A stretch of DNA of 64,000 nt from NCBI RefSeq assembly GCF_006345805.1, contig NC_043022.1, positions 20,770,001 to 20,834,000 of the forward strand, read 5' to 3'. A program made the translations under genes and the position numbers. Below, piece after piece: positions 1 to 10,960 of the stretch. This DNA is from Octopus sinensis. Taxonomy: Eukaryota. Under the pieces are notes generated by a model. The model saw only the letters and a program-made list of their open reading frames with translations, did no database searches and was not told where the DNA came from. Position 1 is the first letter of the stretch, and every line of letters begins with the position of its first letter.

Positions 1-153
1 ACGCGGTGGGAAGGGGCTGTTGACACAATCGTTTCATTCACAAATTTGAATTCGGTGATACTAGTGAGGATTCCAGCTCGCTCGATACTGAGTTGAGTTG
101 GTGCCTCTCTAGTATCTCAAAATTCAATATATAATCATTTATGATTATGGTAT

Positions 154-260
154 TCCACGCTGAAGAGAAAAGAAGTTTCGGTAAGATAGAATTATTTAAT
201 ATTTAATATTTTAATTCTTATGCTTTCCTAAAACTTGATTTCGAAACGTACGTCCGTGGA
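154..260 (+). ncRNA. Type I hammerhead ribozyme, monomer 1
   Basis: Stem I TCCACG(154-159)/CGTGGA(255-260); core CTGAAGA 160-166; long imperfect stem II 167-242 (GAAA/TTTC, AAGTTT/AAACTT, GAATTA/TAATTC); GAAA 243-246; palindromic stem III ACGTACGT; GUC cleavage triplet, cut after 254. Confidence 0.9.
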
Positions 261-751
261 TAACTTTAAAAATGTTTGATAGATTGCGGTTAATTCATTC
301 TCTTTACCTGTTTGTGTCAGCCTTCCAATTGCTGTTTTTACTGAGATCTCCCTTTTTAGTAGAAGAAATAGCTATAACCCTTTGACTGCTATTTCTAAAT
401 TCGGTATGTGGTAAGGCAATTCGTTGCTGACCCTTATTGCTTAGTATTACTTAAATTTTCCTCAAATGAGGCTTTTACATGCCGAAGACTACTTGGTGTA
501 ATTGATAATTATTCCAAATTAATTAATTTCACCCTTCATTATACGGATAACCATATTTTATCTCAGTAGATGACTACAGCATCTTGTTTTGGCTACACGC
601 GGGTGGGAAGGGGCTGTTGACACAATCGTTTCATTCACAAATTTGAATTCGGTGATACTAGTTGAGGATTCCAGCTCGCTCTGATACTGAGTTGAGTTGG
701 TGCCTCCTAGTATCTCAAAATTCAATATATAATCATTTATGATTATGGTAT

Positions 752-858
752 TCCACGCTGAAGAGAAAAGAAGTTTCGGTAAGATAGAATTATTTAATAT
801 TTAATATTTTAATTCTTATGCTTTCCTAAAACTTGATTTCGAAACGTACGTCCGTGGA
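752..858 (+). ncRNA. Type I hammerhead ribozyme, monomer 2
   Basis: Same motif as 154-260: CTGAAGA 758-764, GAAA 841-844, cut after 852. Confidence 0.9.
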
Positions 859-1352
859 TAACTTTAAAAATGTTTGATAGATTGCGGTTAATTCATTCTC
901 TCTTCCTGTTTTGTGTCAGCCTTCCAATTGCTGTTTTTACTGAGATCTCCCTTTTTAGTAGAAGAAATAGCTATAACCCTTTGACTGCTATTTCTAAATT
1001 CGGTATGTGGTAAGGCAATTCGTTGCTGAACCCTTATTGCTTAGTATTACTTAAATTTTCCTCAAATGAGGCTTTTACATGCCGAAGACTACTTGGTGTA
1101 ATTGATAATTATTCCAAATTAATTAATTTCACCCTTCATTATTACGGATAACCATATTTTATCTCAGTAGATGACTACAGCATCTTGTTTTGGCTACACG
1201 CGGGTGGGAAGGGGCTGTTGACACAATCGTTTCATTCACAAATTTGAATTCGGTGATACTAGTTGAGGATTCCAGCTCGCTCTGATACTGAGTTGAGTTG
1301 GTGCCTCCTAGTATCTCAAAATTCAATATATAATCATTTATGATTATGGTAT

Positions 1353-1458
1353 TCCACGCTGAAGAGAAAAGAAGTTTCGGTAAGATAGAATTATTTAATA
1401 TTTAATATTTTAATTCTTATGCTTTCCTAAAACTTGATTTCGAACGTACGTCCGTGGA
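1353..1458 (+). ncRNA. Type I hammerhead ribozyme, monomer 3 (GAAA reads GAA)
   Basis: CTGAAGA 1359-1365. CGAACGTACGTC lacks one A of GAAA, either a homopolymer error or an inactivating deletion. Confidence 0.75.
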
Positions 1459-1880
1459 TAACTTTAAAAATGTTTGATAGATTGCGGTTAATTCATTCTC
1501 CTTACCTGTTTGTGTCAGCCTTCCAATTGCTGTTTTTACTGAGATCTCCTTTTTAGTAGAAGAATAGCTATAACCCTTTGACTGCTATTTCTAAATTCGG
1601 TATGTGGTAAGGCAATTCGTTGCTGAACCCTTATTGCTTAGTATTACTTAAATTTTCCTCAAATGAGGCTTTTACATGCCGAAGACTACTTGGTGTAATT
1701 GATAATTATTCCAAATTAATTAATTTCACCCTTCATTATTACGGATAACTATATATATATATATATATATATCATGGCTATAATGCATACGTGCATATAT
1801 GTGGGTATACATTCATATATGTAAGTATTCGTATGTTGTGCTTATATATATATATGTATTTATGTTTCTCTTCTATGTGT

Positions 1881-1939
1881 ATTCTACTGACGAGGCAAAG
1901 CATTCCTAAATGCAAAGCCAGAAATCCGGGATCTAGAAT
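1881..1939 (+). ncRNA. Type I hammerhead ribozyme, different family, with one extra A before GAAA
   Basis: Stem I ATTCTA/TAGAAT; core CTGACGA 1887-1893; stem II GGC/GCC plus GCATT/AATGC; extra A1920; GAAA 1921-1924; stem III ATCC-G-GGAT; AUC triplet, cut after 1933. Confidence 0.75.
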
Positions 1940-2535
1940 TATCCAGTAATTTTTTACTAGTTTCATCTTGTCTCTTTGTTTTCTCTCCGTGTTCATATAC
2001 GGACAATTTAGGTAGTTTTAGAGTCAGATCATGGCTGCTATTTTCAGCATGGTGGTATCTAGTAGATACCCTAATTTATAATTTTAATAATTATTACCTT
2101 TGAAGGTTATTTTTTCCATGCTCACCACTTTGATAGAATCGTTATTTTATTTTTAGATTAACGATTTTATCTTTATTTATATAAATATATATTTATATAT
2201 CTACACATTAAATTCAGCTTACATTGAAAGTCAACAAAGTTTGTTTTAGAAGCATTGAGATGTATTGAAAGATACAGATAAGGAAATAAATTTATTCTCA
2301 AACACAAGATAATGCTAATAATATAACACTGACAGGATAAACTATCCATATTTTGCAGAAAAATCTGCAAAATTTGGATAGATTCCATATAAGATTTGGA
2401 ATCTTATATGTATACCATTCTGCCTAAGTAATGAATCTACAAATGCAATATCCCTGCATATCTCACATTCCTCCACTTCACTCTCTATTTGATATCTTAT
2501 CTAAATTAACTATTGCTTAACCATTTCCTCATACT

Positions 2536-2583
2536 GTCTCCAATGAAGGGATATAAAAAATATCCTGGAAATAGCTGTAAGAC
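2536..2583 (+). ncRNA. Degenerate hammerhead-like motif
   Basis: Stem I GTCT/AGAC; core CCAATGA (2 mismatches to CTGANGA); stem II GGGATAT/ATATCCT; GAAA 2568-2571; near-palindromic stem III ATAGCTGT; GUA triplet. Confidence 0.4.
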
Positions 2584-2619
2584 CTTCTATTTATAAATGT
2601 TCTAAAATCTTCACAGCAT

Positions 2620-2692
2620 TGGATTTTGGCGCAATGGATAACGCGTCTGACTATGGATCAGAAGATTCCAGGTTCGAATCCTGGCAAGCTCA
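2620..2692 (+). pseudogene. tRNA-Arg(ACG)-derived pseudogene, anticodon mutated to ATG
   Basis: Body TGGCGCAATGGATAACGCGTCTGACTA[T]GGATCAGAAGATTCCAGGTTCGAATCCTGG matches the metazoan tRNA-Arg-ACG sequence as I recall it. The 5' acceptor strand TGGATTT pairs poorly with CAAGCTC. A T7 run follows. Confidence 0.85.
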
Positions 2693-2704
2693 AATTTTTT
2701 TAGC

Positions 2705-2972
2705 CAGCTTCGTCTGGTCCCCATGCCGATGGCACGTAAAAAGCACCATCCGATCGTGGCCGTTTGCCAGTCTCGTCTGGCACCGTGCCGGTGGCACGTA
2801 AAAAGCACCCACTACACTCACAGAGTGGTTGGCGTTAGGAAGGGCATCCAGCTGTAGAAACACTGCCAGATCAGACTGGGCCTGGTGCAGCCTTCTGGCT
2901 TCCCAGACACCAGTTGAAACGTCCAACCCATGCCAGCATGGAAAGTGGACGTTAAATGATGATGATGATGAT
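2705..2972 (+). mobile_element. SINE family C (RTE-like tail GGCGTTAGGAAGGGCATCCAGCTGTAGAAAC, (GAT)n end)
   Basis: Sequence recurs more than 10 times in the window in both orientations. Confidence 0.8.
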
Positions 2973-3284
2973 ACGGCAAATAAGAAAATGAAGAGGATAC
3001 AAAAACAACATTCAAGTATGTATATTTATTCCAAAGTATTATATTGTATTAGAAGAATACATACACATGTAATAACTATGTATTATACACACATGTACTT
3101 GTGATTGTGACCTCCTTCGGTCATGAATGACCATGGAATTGCACCTAGAAAGTTACCCTCCGAGGTACAAGTCTGGGCAAGGTTGTTTATGGAAGACCAG
3201 CAGTCGCCCATGCATACCAGCCTCCCCTCTCCACACCACCGATGTTATCCAAGGGAAAGGCCGATACAGCTTGGCACCAGCTCA

Positions 3285-3600
3285 TTTATTAACGTGCAAG
3301 TGGTTGAGCACTCCACAGACACGTGTACCCTTAACGTAGTTCTCGAGGAGATTCAGCATGACACAGAGTGTGACAAGGCTGGCCCTTTGAAATGCAGGTA
3401 CAACAGAAACAGGAAGAAAGAGTGAGAGAAAGTTGTGGTGAAAGAGTACAGCAGGGTTCACCACCACCCCCTGCTGAAGCCTCGTGGAGCTTTAGGTGTT
3501 TTCGCTCAATAAACACTCACAATGCCCGGTCTGGGAATCGAAACTGCGATCCTCTGACCGTGAGTCTGCTGCCCTAACCACTGGGCCATTGCGCCTCCAC
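3285..3600 (-). mobile_element. tRNA-derived SINE family D
   Basis: Minus strand has A-box TGGCCCAGTGG and B-box-like GTTTCGATTC. Related copies at ~13295-13470(-), 37495-37790(+), 59880-60165(+). Confidence 0.75.
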
Positions 3601-3666
3601 ACACACATGTACTAATATTACAGAAAAGATTAGATTGACAATATCTACACACATACACACACTTAC

Positions 3667-3760
3667 GGGTTGTTACATTGTCCTCTTCTAGTAAATTTGA
3701 ATTTTGGTACGATGCCAGCTCTTTCTGTAGAGACTCGATAACTTTCTCTGACTGATCCAC
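3667..3760 (-). CDS. CCDC30: CCDC30-like coiled-coil protein, coding exon 5 (VDQSEKVIESLQKELASYQNSNLLEEDNVTT)
   Basis: Acceptor ttgcatAG, donor GTAAGT. Phase 0 in matches the preceding exon; phase 1 out. Downstream exons not placed. Confidence 0.75.
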
Positions 3761-3929
3761 CTATGCAACAAAAGACAGAGAAAAAAAAGATGCACATGGC
3801 AATATAAGGAAAGGTTATGCAGGCAGGGAGTCAAGCAATGCAGTCTTGAGCCTAAGACACAAAATACAAACACACACACACTCAAGTGTGCACACATGCA
3901 TGCACAAATCTGCGCACACACACACACAC

Positions 3930-4560
3930 ATCATCATCATCATCATCATCATCATTTAGCGTCCACTTTCCATGCTAGCATGAGTTGGACGGTTCAACTG
4001 GGGTCTGTGAAGCCAGAAGGCTGCATCAGGCCCAGTCTGATCTGGCAGTGTTTCTACGGCTGGATGCCCTTCCTAACGCCAACCACTCCGTGAGTGTAGT
4101 GGGTGCTTTTTACGTGCCACCCGCACAGGTGCCAGACGGAGCTGGAAAACGGCCACGGACGGATGGTGCTTTTTACGTGCCACCGGCACGGGGGCCAAGT
4201 GAGGCTGGCAACGGCCACGAACGGATGGTGCTTTTATGTGCCACCAGCACGGGGGCCAGGCGAGGCTGGCAACGGCCACAAACGGATGGTGCTACGTGCC
4301 ACCGGCACGGTGGCCAGGCGAGGCTGGCAACGGCCACGAACGGATGGTGCTTTTTACGTGCCACCGGATCGAAGGCCAGTCGGGGCGGCGCTGGCAACGG
4401 CCACGATCGGATGATTCGCTTACTTGTCACCGGCACTGGTATCACAGCTGCAATTTCCATTGATGTTGATCGACTTCGATTTTGGTTCTGCTTTCTGATA
4501 TCTGATTTGATTTGGTTTGATTTTGATTTTGATTTTGATTTTCACTTGCCTCAACGGGTC
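3930..4560 (-). mobile_element. SINE family C copy with about 5 internal ~60-bp tandem units
   Basis: GGTGCTTTTTACGTGCCACCGGCAC recurs every ~60 bp from 4100 to 4410. Confidence 0.8.
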
Positions 4561-4890
4561 TTCACAAGTGGAGTTTTGTGTCCCAAGAAGGAAAGGTATG
4601 TATAAGTCGACTGGCTACATACCAGGTAGAGGCCACGGGTTATGGTCTCACTAGTCTTGCCGGGTCTTCTCACGCACAGCATACTTCCATAGGTCTTGGT
4701 CTCTAGTCATTTCCTTGGTGAGACCTAAAGTTCGAAGGTCGTGCTTCACCACCTCGTCCCAGGTTTTCCTGGGTCTACCTCTTCCACAGGTTCCCTCAAC
4801 TGCTAGGGTGTGGCACTTTTGCACACAACTATCTACAGCCATTCTCGTCACATGACCATACCAGCACAAACGTCTCTCTTGCACACCACA
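4560..4890 (-). mobile_element. RTE-clade LINE 3' fragment
   Basis: RRLCWYGHVTRM...GRGRPRKTWDEVVKHDL...DQDLWK is the typical RTE ORF C-terminus. Confidence 0.9.
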
Positions 4891-5627
4891 AGGTTGGAAT
4901 TCCCATCTTGAAATTAATAATCCTTTCTATTACAAGCACAAGGCCTGAAATTTTGGAGGGGGATGGATACTTAATTACATCAATCCCAGTCCTCAATTGG
5001 GACCTATTTTTTCGACCCCAAAAGGACAAATGGCAAAGTCGACCTCGGCGGAATTTGAACCCAGAATGTAAAGATAGGCAAAATACCACTAAGCATTTTG
5101 TCCAGCATGCTAACGATTCTGCCAGCTCGCTGTCTTCATCTTGAAATGAAGAATAAAGTAGGATTCAAAGAGATTTCTATAAACAAAATATGAATAAACA
5201 GTCCACCAACTCCAAAAAAAAGAACAATAAAATTCATTAAACAAAAAAACTAAAACAAATAAAGTAAAATAATTTGCATAATTATTATTTCTTTTAATAT
5301 AATTATCTTGATAACATCATTAACCAGCTTGTTCAAAGCATCAACAAAATTAAAGTGATGTGTGTGTGTGTGTGTGCATGCACTTGTCCCCCACCGCTGC
5401 TTGATAACTGGTGTTAGTGTGTTTACATCCCCATAACTTAGCAGTTTGGCAAATGAGAATGATAGAATAAGAACCAGTACTTGGAAAAAGAAAAAAAAAA
5501 ATTTGGCCTGGGGTTGATTCCTTCGACTAAAAATTCTTCAAGGCTGTGCCCCAGCATGGCCACAGTCAAATGACTGAAACAAGTAAAACACAGAAGACAA
5601 GAATACAATCTAAACCAAAGAACCAAC

Positions 5628-6154
5628 CTTTATTTTTAATTCCGTCAATTCTTCATCCATCCTTTCATTCTCTTCCAGAACGGTGTTCACTTCCTCTTCG
5701 TACTTGTCCTTCATCCGTTTTTCAGACATTTGCCATTTCTCATGGATTTTCTGAAGTTCTTCATCGAAATCTGTCTCCAACTGCTCTTGAAATTTCATTT
5801 CAACCTGGATGGAGATGTCAGTGGTTTTGAGTGATGCTACTGGTGTTGCTGCTATTGCTGCTGTTGCTACCGCTGCTGCAGATGCCTTTACAGGTTCTGC
5901 AGTCTCTGCTACTGTCACTACGGAATCTCTTCCTTCAATCTCAGCATCCTTTGAAATATTGCCATTACATGTAGATGCTTTGTTAACAATAGCTGTCATC
6001 GGCACTTCCAAAGTTTCTGTTTGGATTTTTGATTTTACTTTGGTCTGCAGCTCGGCTCGCTCTGCCAGAAGATAAGCGAACTGATCCTGGCATTTTAAAT
6101 CCAAGATGGTATGAAGATCAGCATCTTCCAACATTTTTCTCAGCTCCTTTTGCA
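5628..6154 (-). CDS. CCDC30: CCDC30-like, coding exon 4 (VQKELRKMLEDADL...DQFAYLLAERAEL...ELTELKIK)
   Basis: Acceptor aaaaacAG, donor GTTGGT; 527 nt, phase 1 to 0. EMLE..L....EQIAYLL.ERA.L-type motif and coiled-coil heptads resemble long CCDC30 isoforms. Confidence 0.8.
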
Positions 6155-6279
6155 CTGTTTTTCAGAAATTAAAAAAAAAAAAAATGTTTTTAAATAAAGA
6201 AACAAAACAAAGATTCAAAAGAAAACAAACAACAAAATACTGAATGACAAAAAAAAATTTATAAAAAATAGTATATAGG

Positions 6280-6439
6280 TGGAAGTGTGGTTGTGTAGTA
6301 AGAAGCTTGCTTCCCAACCACATGGTTCCAGGTTCAGTCCTACTGTATGGCACTTTGGGCAAGTGTCTTCTAATATAGCCTCGGGCCGACCAAAGCCTTG
6401 TGAGTGGATTTGGTAGGCAGAAACTGAAAAAAGGCCATC

Positions 6440-6501
<62 letters not shown>

Positions 6502-7344
6502 ATATCTATGTGTGTATGTCTATGTCTGTGTTTGTTCCCTCATCACTGCTTGACAGCCAGTGATTGATGTGTTTACATCCCAGTAACTTAGTGGTTCAGC
6601 AAAAGAGATTGATAGAATAAGTACTAGGCTTACAAAATAAGTCCTAAGGTTGATTTGTTCAACTAAAAACAAAAAAACCAGCATGGCTGCAGTCAAATGA
6701 CTGAAACAAGTAAAGGAAGAATAAAAAAAGAATGTGTGTGTGTGTGTGTGTGCGTGCATGCGCACATGCAAAGGAGCTGAAAGAACTTTGCTTTTGTTAC
6801 ATTTATTCAAACCCCAAAGAAACCTTCTCAACACATGGCTATGATGCTCCCCTACTATTCTTAATCGTTATCAGGGATACACATATTGTCAGCCACTAAG
6901 GGACATGCTTAAGTGGTTATGGTCAAGCAACTGACAAGCAAATCTGGTATTGAGCAGAATATGTTATAACAATTTTCCTGCTTCAGTAACTCACTGCTAA
7001 ATCTGTCTGAAATGTAATGGAAAATAAATCAGTTTCAAAAAAATTGATGACCAGGTCAGAAAAGCAAAGTGTGAAGGGAATAGTAGTCATTTCCTTTGAT
7101 TTCTAGACAGAAGCAAATAGGAAATAACACTTACTGAACAAAGATAAGAGAAAATTTAAACTGTTATACAGTGGCATAGGAGTAGGAGTGGCTGTGTGGT
7201 AAGTAGTTTGCTTACCAACCACATGGTTTGGTGTTCAGTCCCACTGCGTGGCACCTTGGGCAAGTGTCTTCTACTATAGCCTCGGGCCGACCAAAGCCTT
7301 GTGAGTGGATTTGGTAGATGAAAACTGAAAAGAAGCCCGTCATA

Positions 7345-7376
<32 letters not shown>

Positions 7377-8500
7377 ATATGTGTGTTGTGTGTGTGTGTG
7401 TGTGTGTGTATGTGTGTGTGTGTGTATATCTATGTGTGTATGTCTATGTCTGTGTTTGTTCCCTCATCACTGCTTGACAGCCAGTGATTGATGTGTTTAC
7501 ATCCCAGTAACTTAGTGGTTCAGCAAAAGAGATTGATAGAATAAGTACTAGGCTTACAAAATAGTCCTAAGGTTGATTTGTTCAACTAAAAACAAAAAAA
7601 CCAGCATGCTGCAGTCAAATGACTGAAACAAGTAAAGGAAGAATAAAAAAAGAATGTGTGTGTGTGTGTGCGTGCATGCGCACATGCAAAGGAGCTGAAA
7701 GAACTTTGCTTTTGTTACATTTATTCAAACCCCAAAGAAACCTTCTCACCACATGGCTATGATGCTCCCCTACTATTCTTAATCGTTATCAGGGATACAC
7801 ATATTGTCAGCCACTAAGGGACATGCTTAAGTGGTTATGGTCAAGCAACTGACAAGCAAATCTGGTATTGAGCAGAATATGTTATAACAATTTTCCTGCT
7901 TCAGTAACTCACTGCTAAATCTGTCTGAAATGTAATGGAAAATATCTCAGTTTCAAAATATTGATGTCCAGGTCAGAAAAGCAAAGTGTGAAGGGAATAG
8001 TAGTCATTTCCTTTGATTTCTAAACAGAAGCAAATAGGAAACAACACTTACTGAACAAAGATAAGAGAAAATTAAAAATTGTTATACAAATGCCGTAGGT
8101 GTAGGAGTGGCTGTGTGGTAAGTAGTTTACTTACCAACCACATGGTTCCAGGTTCAGTCCCACTACGTGGCACCTTGGGCAAGTGTCTTCTACTATAGCC
8201 TCGGGCCAACCAAAGCCTTGTAAGTGGATTTGGTAGACGGAAACTGAAAAGAAGCCCGTCGTATATATGTATATATATATATGTACGTGTGTGTATATGT
8301 TTGTGTTTCTGTGTTTGTCCCCCCCAACATTGCTTGACAACCGATGCTGATGTGTTTACGTCCCCGTAACTTAGCGGTTCGGCAAAAGACACTGATAGAA
8401 TAAGTACTAGGCTTACAAAGAATAAGTCTTGGGGTCAATTTGCTCAACTAAAAGGGTGTTGCTCCAGCATGGCCACAGTCACATGACTGAAACAAGTAAA
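6280..8500 (+). repeat. ~910-bp tandem duplication bounded by three family A SINE heads (~6280, ~7185, ~8100)
   Basis: 6510-7180 recurs at 7430-8095. The first part is near-identical; the last ~170 bp has several substitutions. Confidence 0.85.
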
Positions 8501-8610
8501 TGAGTAACAGAGTGTTTTAGTGTAATACATTTTACTATATAAAATTATGTGCAGTTTATGCACAAACATGCAGAATTTGCAATATAATGCGATATCAAAC
8601 ATGATACTAC

Positions 8611-8785
8611 CTGAGCTTTGACTGTCAACTAGCTGTGTGATTCTGTCGTTAAGCTGTTTATTTTCAAACTCCAGGGTCTGTAAGGTGATCTCCCCATCCT
8701 CAGACAACTGCTGAATATGTTCCACATATTGGTCTACTTCTTCCATTTCACGCCGATGACTATCTTCCATCTGGACTTTTTCATC
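8611..8785 (-). CDS. CCDC30: CCDC30-like, coding exon 3 (DEKVQMEDSHRREMEEVDQYVEHIQQLS...DSQSS)
   Basis: Acceptor ttccttAG, donor GTAGTA; 175 nt, phase 0 to 1. EM.EV..YV.HI..LS motif is recognisable as CCDC30-like. Confidence 0.82.
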
Positions 8786-8826
8786 CTAAGGAATTCAAAA
8801 ATTGCTTCATGTATGTGTGTGTGTAA

Positions 8827-8866
<40 letters not shown>

Positions 8867-8889
8867 ATATATATATATATAATATATTA

Positions 8890-9135
8890 ATAAATAAAAC
8901 ATATGCATATATATATACATATATGTACGTACAAACCTCTACATGTATATATACACGCATATATGAGTACAGGACACCAAAAAAACGTTGAACACAATGA
9001 GAAACGAAAACATAGACACAAACCCAAGGAACTGGACATTTTTCTTAAACAACAAAAAAATAGAGTACAGGACAAATAACACAAGGAAAAAACCCTTCTT
9101 CAGTCGCCATGGTTTCATCTACACAATGTTTCGAA
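8890..9135. mobile_element. Fragment of the repeat family also in the 871-bp tandem (53330-53560), probably Penelope-derived
   Basis: Shared GAGTACAGGACACCA...GAACACAA(T/C)GAGAAACGAAAACATA. Confidence 0.55.
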
Positions 9136-9889
9136 AATAATAATAATTATTATTATTATTTGAGGGAATATTATTCCTAACTTACAGGGAAAAATTCAAT
9201 TTAGAAATACTAAATCAAATTTCACAAAATATAATATATATATAAAAATTAGAAAAAAACCACCGTGCTGGTTTTGATTTGGATTTGGATTTTACTTGAC
9301 TCAAAAGGTTCTCTCAAGTGCAGCATATCACCCAATGATTCACAGGTACTCTCCCTGAAAACTGCATTAAGGGTATGCAAGTCTGTGGAGCACTCAACCG
9401 CCTGCATGTTAATTTCACGAGCAGGCTGCTCCGTTGATCAGATCAACTGGAACACTTGTAGTGAAATCACATGGCTCAGTGGTTAGGGTATTCAGCTATT
9501 CTATTGATTCAATCAACCGGAACCAGCATCACCGGAACTGACGGATTGCCAGTTGTTTCCATTGACGATGACATTCATCCATCACTGATTAGCAGAATCT
9601 ATCACCAGATTAAATTATCCGGGGCCCAAAAGCTGACAAGAGAACTCCCAGACTTTGTTAAAGGTAGACATTTAAAGATCAGGTCATAGCATGAAAGATG
9701 ATAACAGATTAAAGTCTACCATCATAATTAGCTAACTCACTAGCTAATTAGTTTCTACATACAACACACATGCTCTTTCTTATTGGTCAACCTTGAGTGT
9801 TCAGGCCTTTGAGCATATGTATCAAAATAAAAGCCCATTCAGTCTTTTATTGTCATATGGTGTCTACCATTTTGTGGTTGAGATGATTG

Positions 9890-9924
9890 CAGTAGTGGTG
9901 GTGGTGGTGGTGGTAGTAGTAGTA

Positions 9925-9966
<42 letters not shown>

Positions 9967-10074
9967 ATGGTGTTATGAGCAATAGTGACGATGGTGGTCA
10001 GAATGCCAGTGATAGCTTGTGCGGTGGTAGTAGTAGGAGTGGTGGTGGTGGTAGTAGTGGTAGTAGTAGTAGGA

Positions 10075-10106
<32 letters not shown>

Positions 10107-10320
10107 GATGGTGGTGTTAGGAGCAATAGTGACGATGGTGGTCAGAATGCCAGTGATAGCTTGTGTAGTAATAGTAGTGGTGGTGGTGGTGGTGGTGGTG
10201 ATGAAAGTAGTAATTGTGAAGGTTGTAGTATCGATGGTCACCTTGTAGTGCCAATGATAGCTTTCAGTATAGTAGTAGTAGTAGTAATAGTTGTAGAGGT
10301 AGTGGTTGTGGTGGTAGTCA
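9890..10320. repeat. (GTA/GTG)n low-complexity tract with an internal ~60-bp duplication
   Basis: Direct reading. The poly-V/T ORFs here are microsatellite artefacts. Confidence 0.9.
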
Positions 10321-10910
10321 TAGCTTTCCTCAAGTATGAACAAAGAGGAGTGCCTATACACCTAAAACCAATTCTCACTACGCACCCCCACCCCACCCGA
10401 AACACTTGCTCCCCCCCACCCACACACACACCACTACCACCACCACTACCTCCACCATCAGGACATTTGAAAGAGAGAAGGCCTAGGTGAGGGGCCAGTA
10501 GGAAGTATGCATATATTGTTGATTGGGACAAGTGGAGGGCAGGAAACCCCACCCACTCCAAGCCCCAACACCCCACCCTGGAGCTCCCCAATCCACCACT
10601 GGCTTGCTTCACCCTTCACCATATACCCCACACCATCATCCACTCGCCCAGATTCTACAAACTTGTCCATACCTGAAATGTTACCTGATCTTACTTTACA
10701 AAGCCTCCTCTACCCACACCTCACTCTCTCTCTCAGTATAGACTTCCTCCCCACCCCCGACTCACCTGGCTGCCACCTCTTCCATTCTACTCCACTCTTT
10801 CAGGTCTTTAATATCCTGACAAACATGCGACCAGCTTTCCCTTCTACTCCACAGGAAATTGCTTTCTGACCTCAATGTACAAAACACATTGATCTGTGTG
10901 TGTGCATGCA

Positions 10911-10960
<50 letters not shown>

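Larger units (their letters stand above)
1..1750 (+). repeat. Tandem array of ~600-bp monomers (2.9 copies visible, runs off the window start), each carrying a hammerhead ribozyme; retrozyme-like
   Basis: Unit start ACGCG(G)GTGGGAAGGG recurs at 1, 597 and 1198. Copies differ almost only by 1-nt indels. The array ends in (TA)n at ~1750. Confidence 0.95.

Noticed and set aside
1150-1307. Minus-strand open frame in the monomer with a phase-1-compatible acceptor, as the next CCDC30-like exon
   Set aside because: Weak polypyrimidine tract, non-coiled-coil peptide, and present in every repeat unit; likely chance. Needs junction reads.
4100-4410. Regularly spaced repeats as a CRISPR array
   Set aside because: Eukaryotic context; the spacers are homologous to one another, so this is a minisatellite.
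3985-4605. 206-aa ORF (and similar ORFs at 41753-42489)
   Set aside because: Frames through the SINE family C tandem units; the same peptides recur wherever the SINE does.
9490-9700. Non-repetitive short ORF (TDGLPVVSIDDDIHPSLISRIYHQIK...)
   Set aside because: No motif I recognise and no splice-phase partner; possibly an old transposon fragment. BLASTX would decide.
9864-10490. Mucin-like Thr-rich and Gly/Ser-rich ORFs (also 12678-13256, 24821-25237)
   Set aside because: Trinucleotide microsatellites without splice or homology support.
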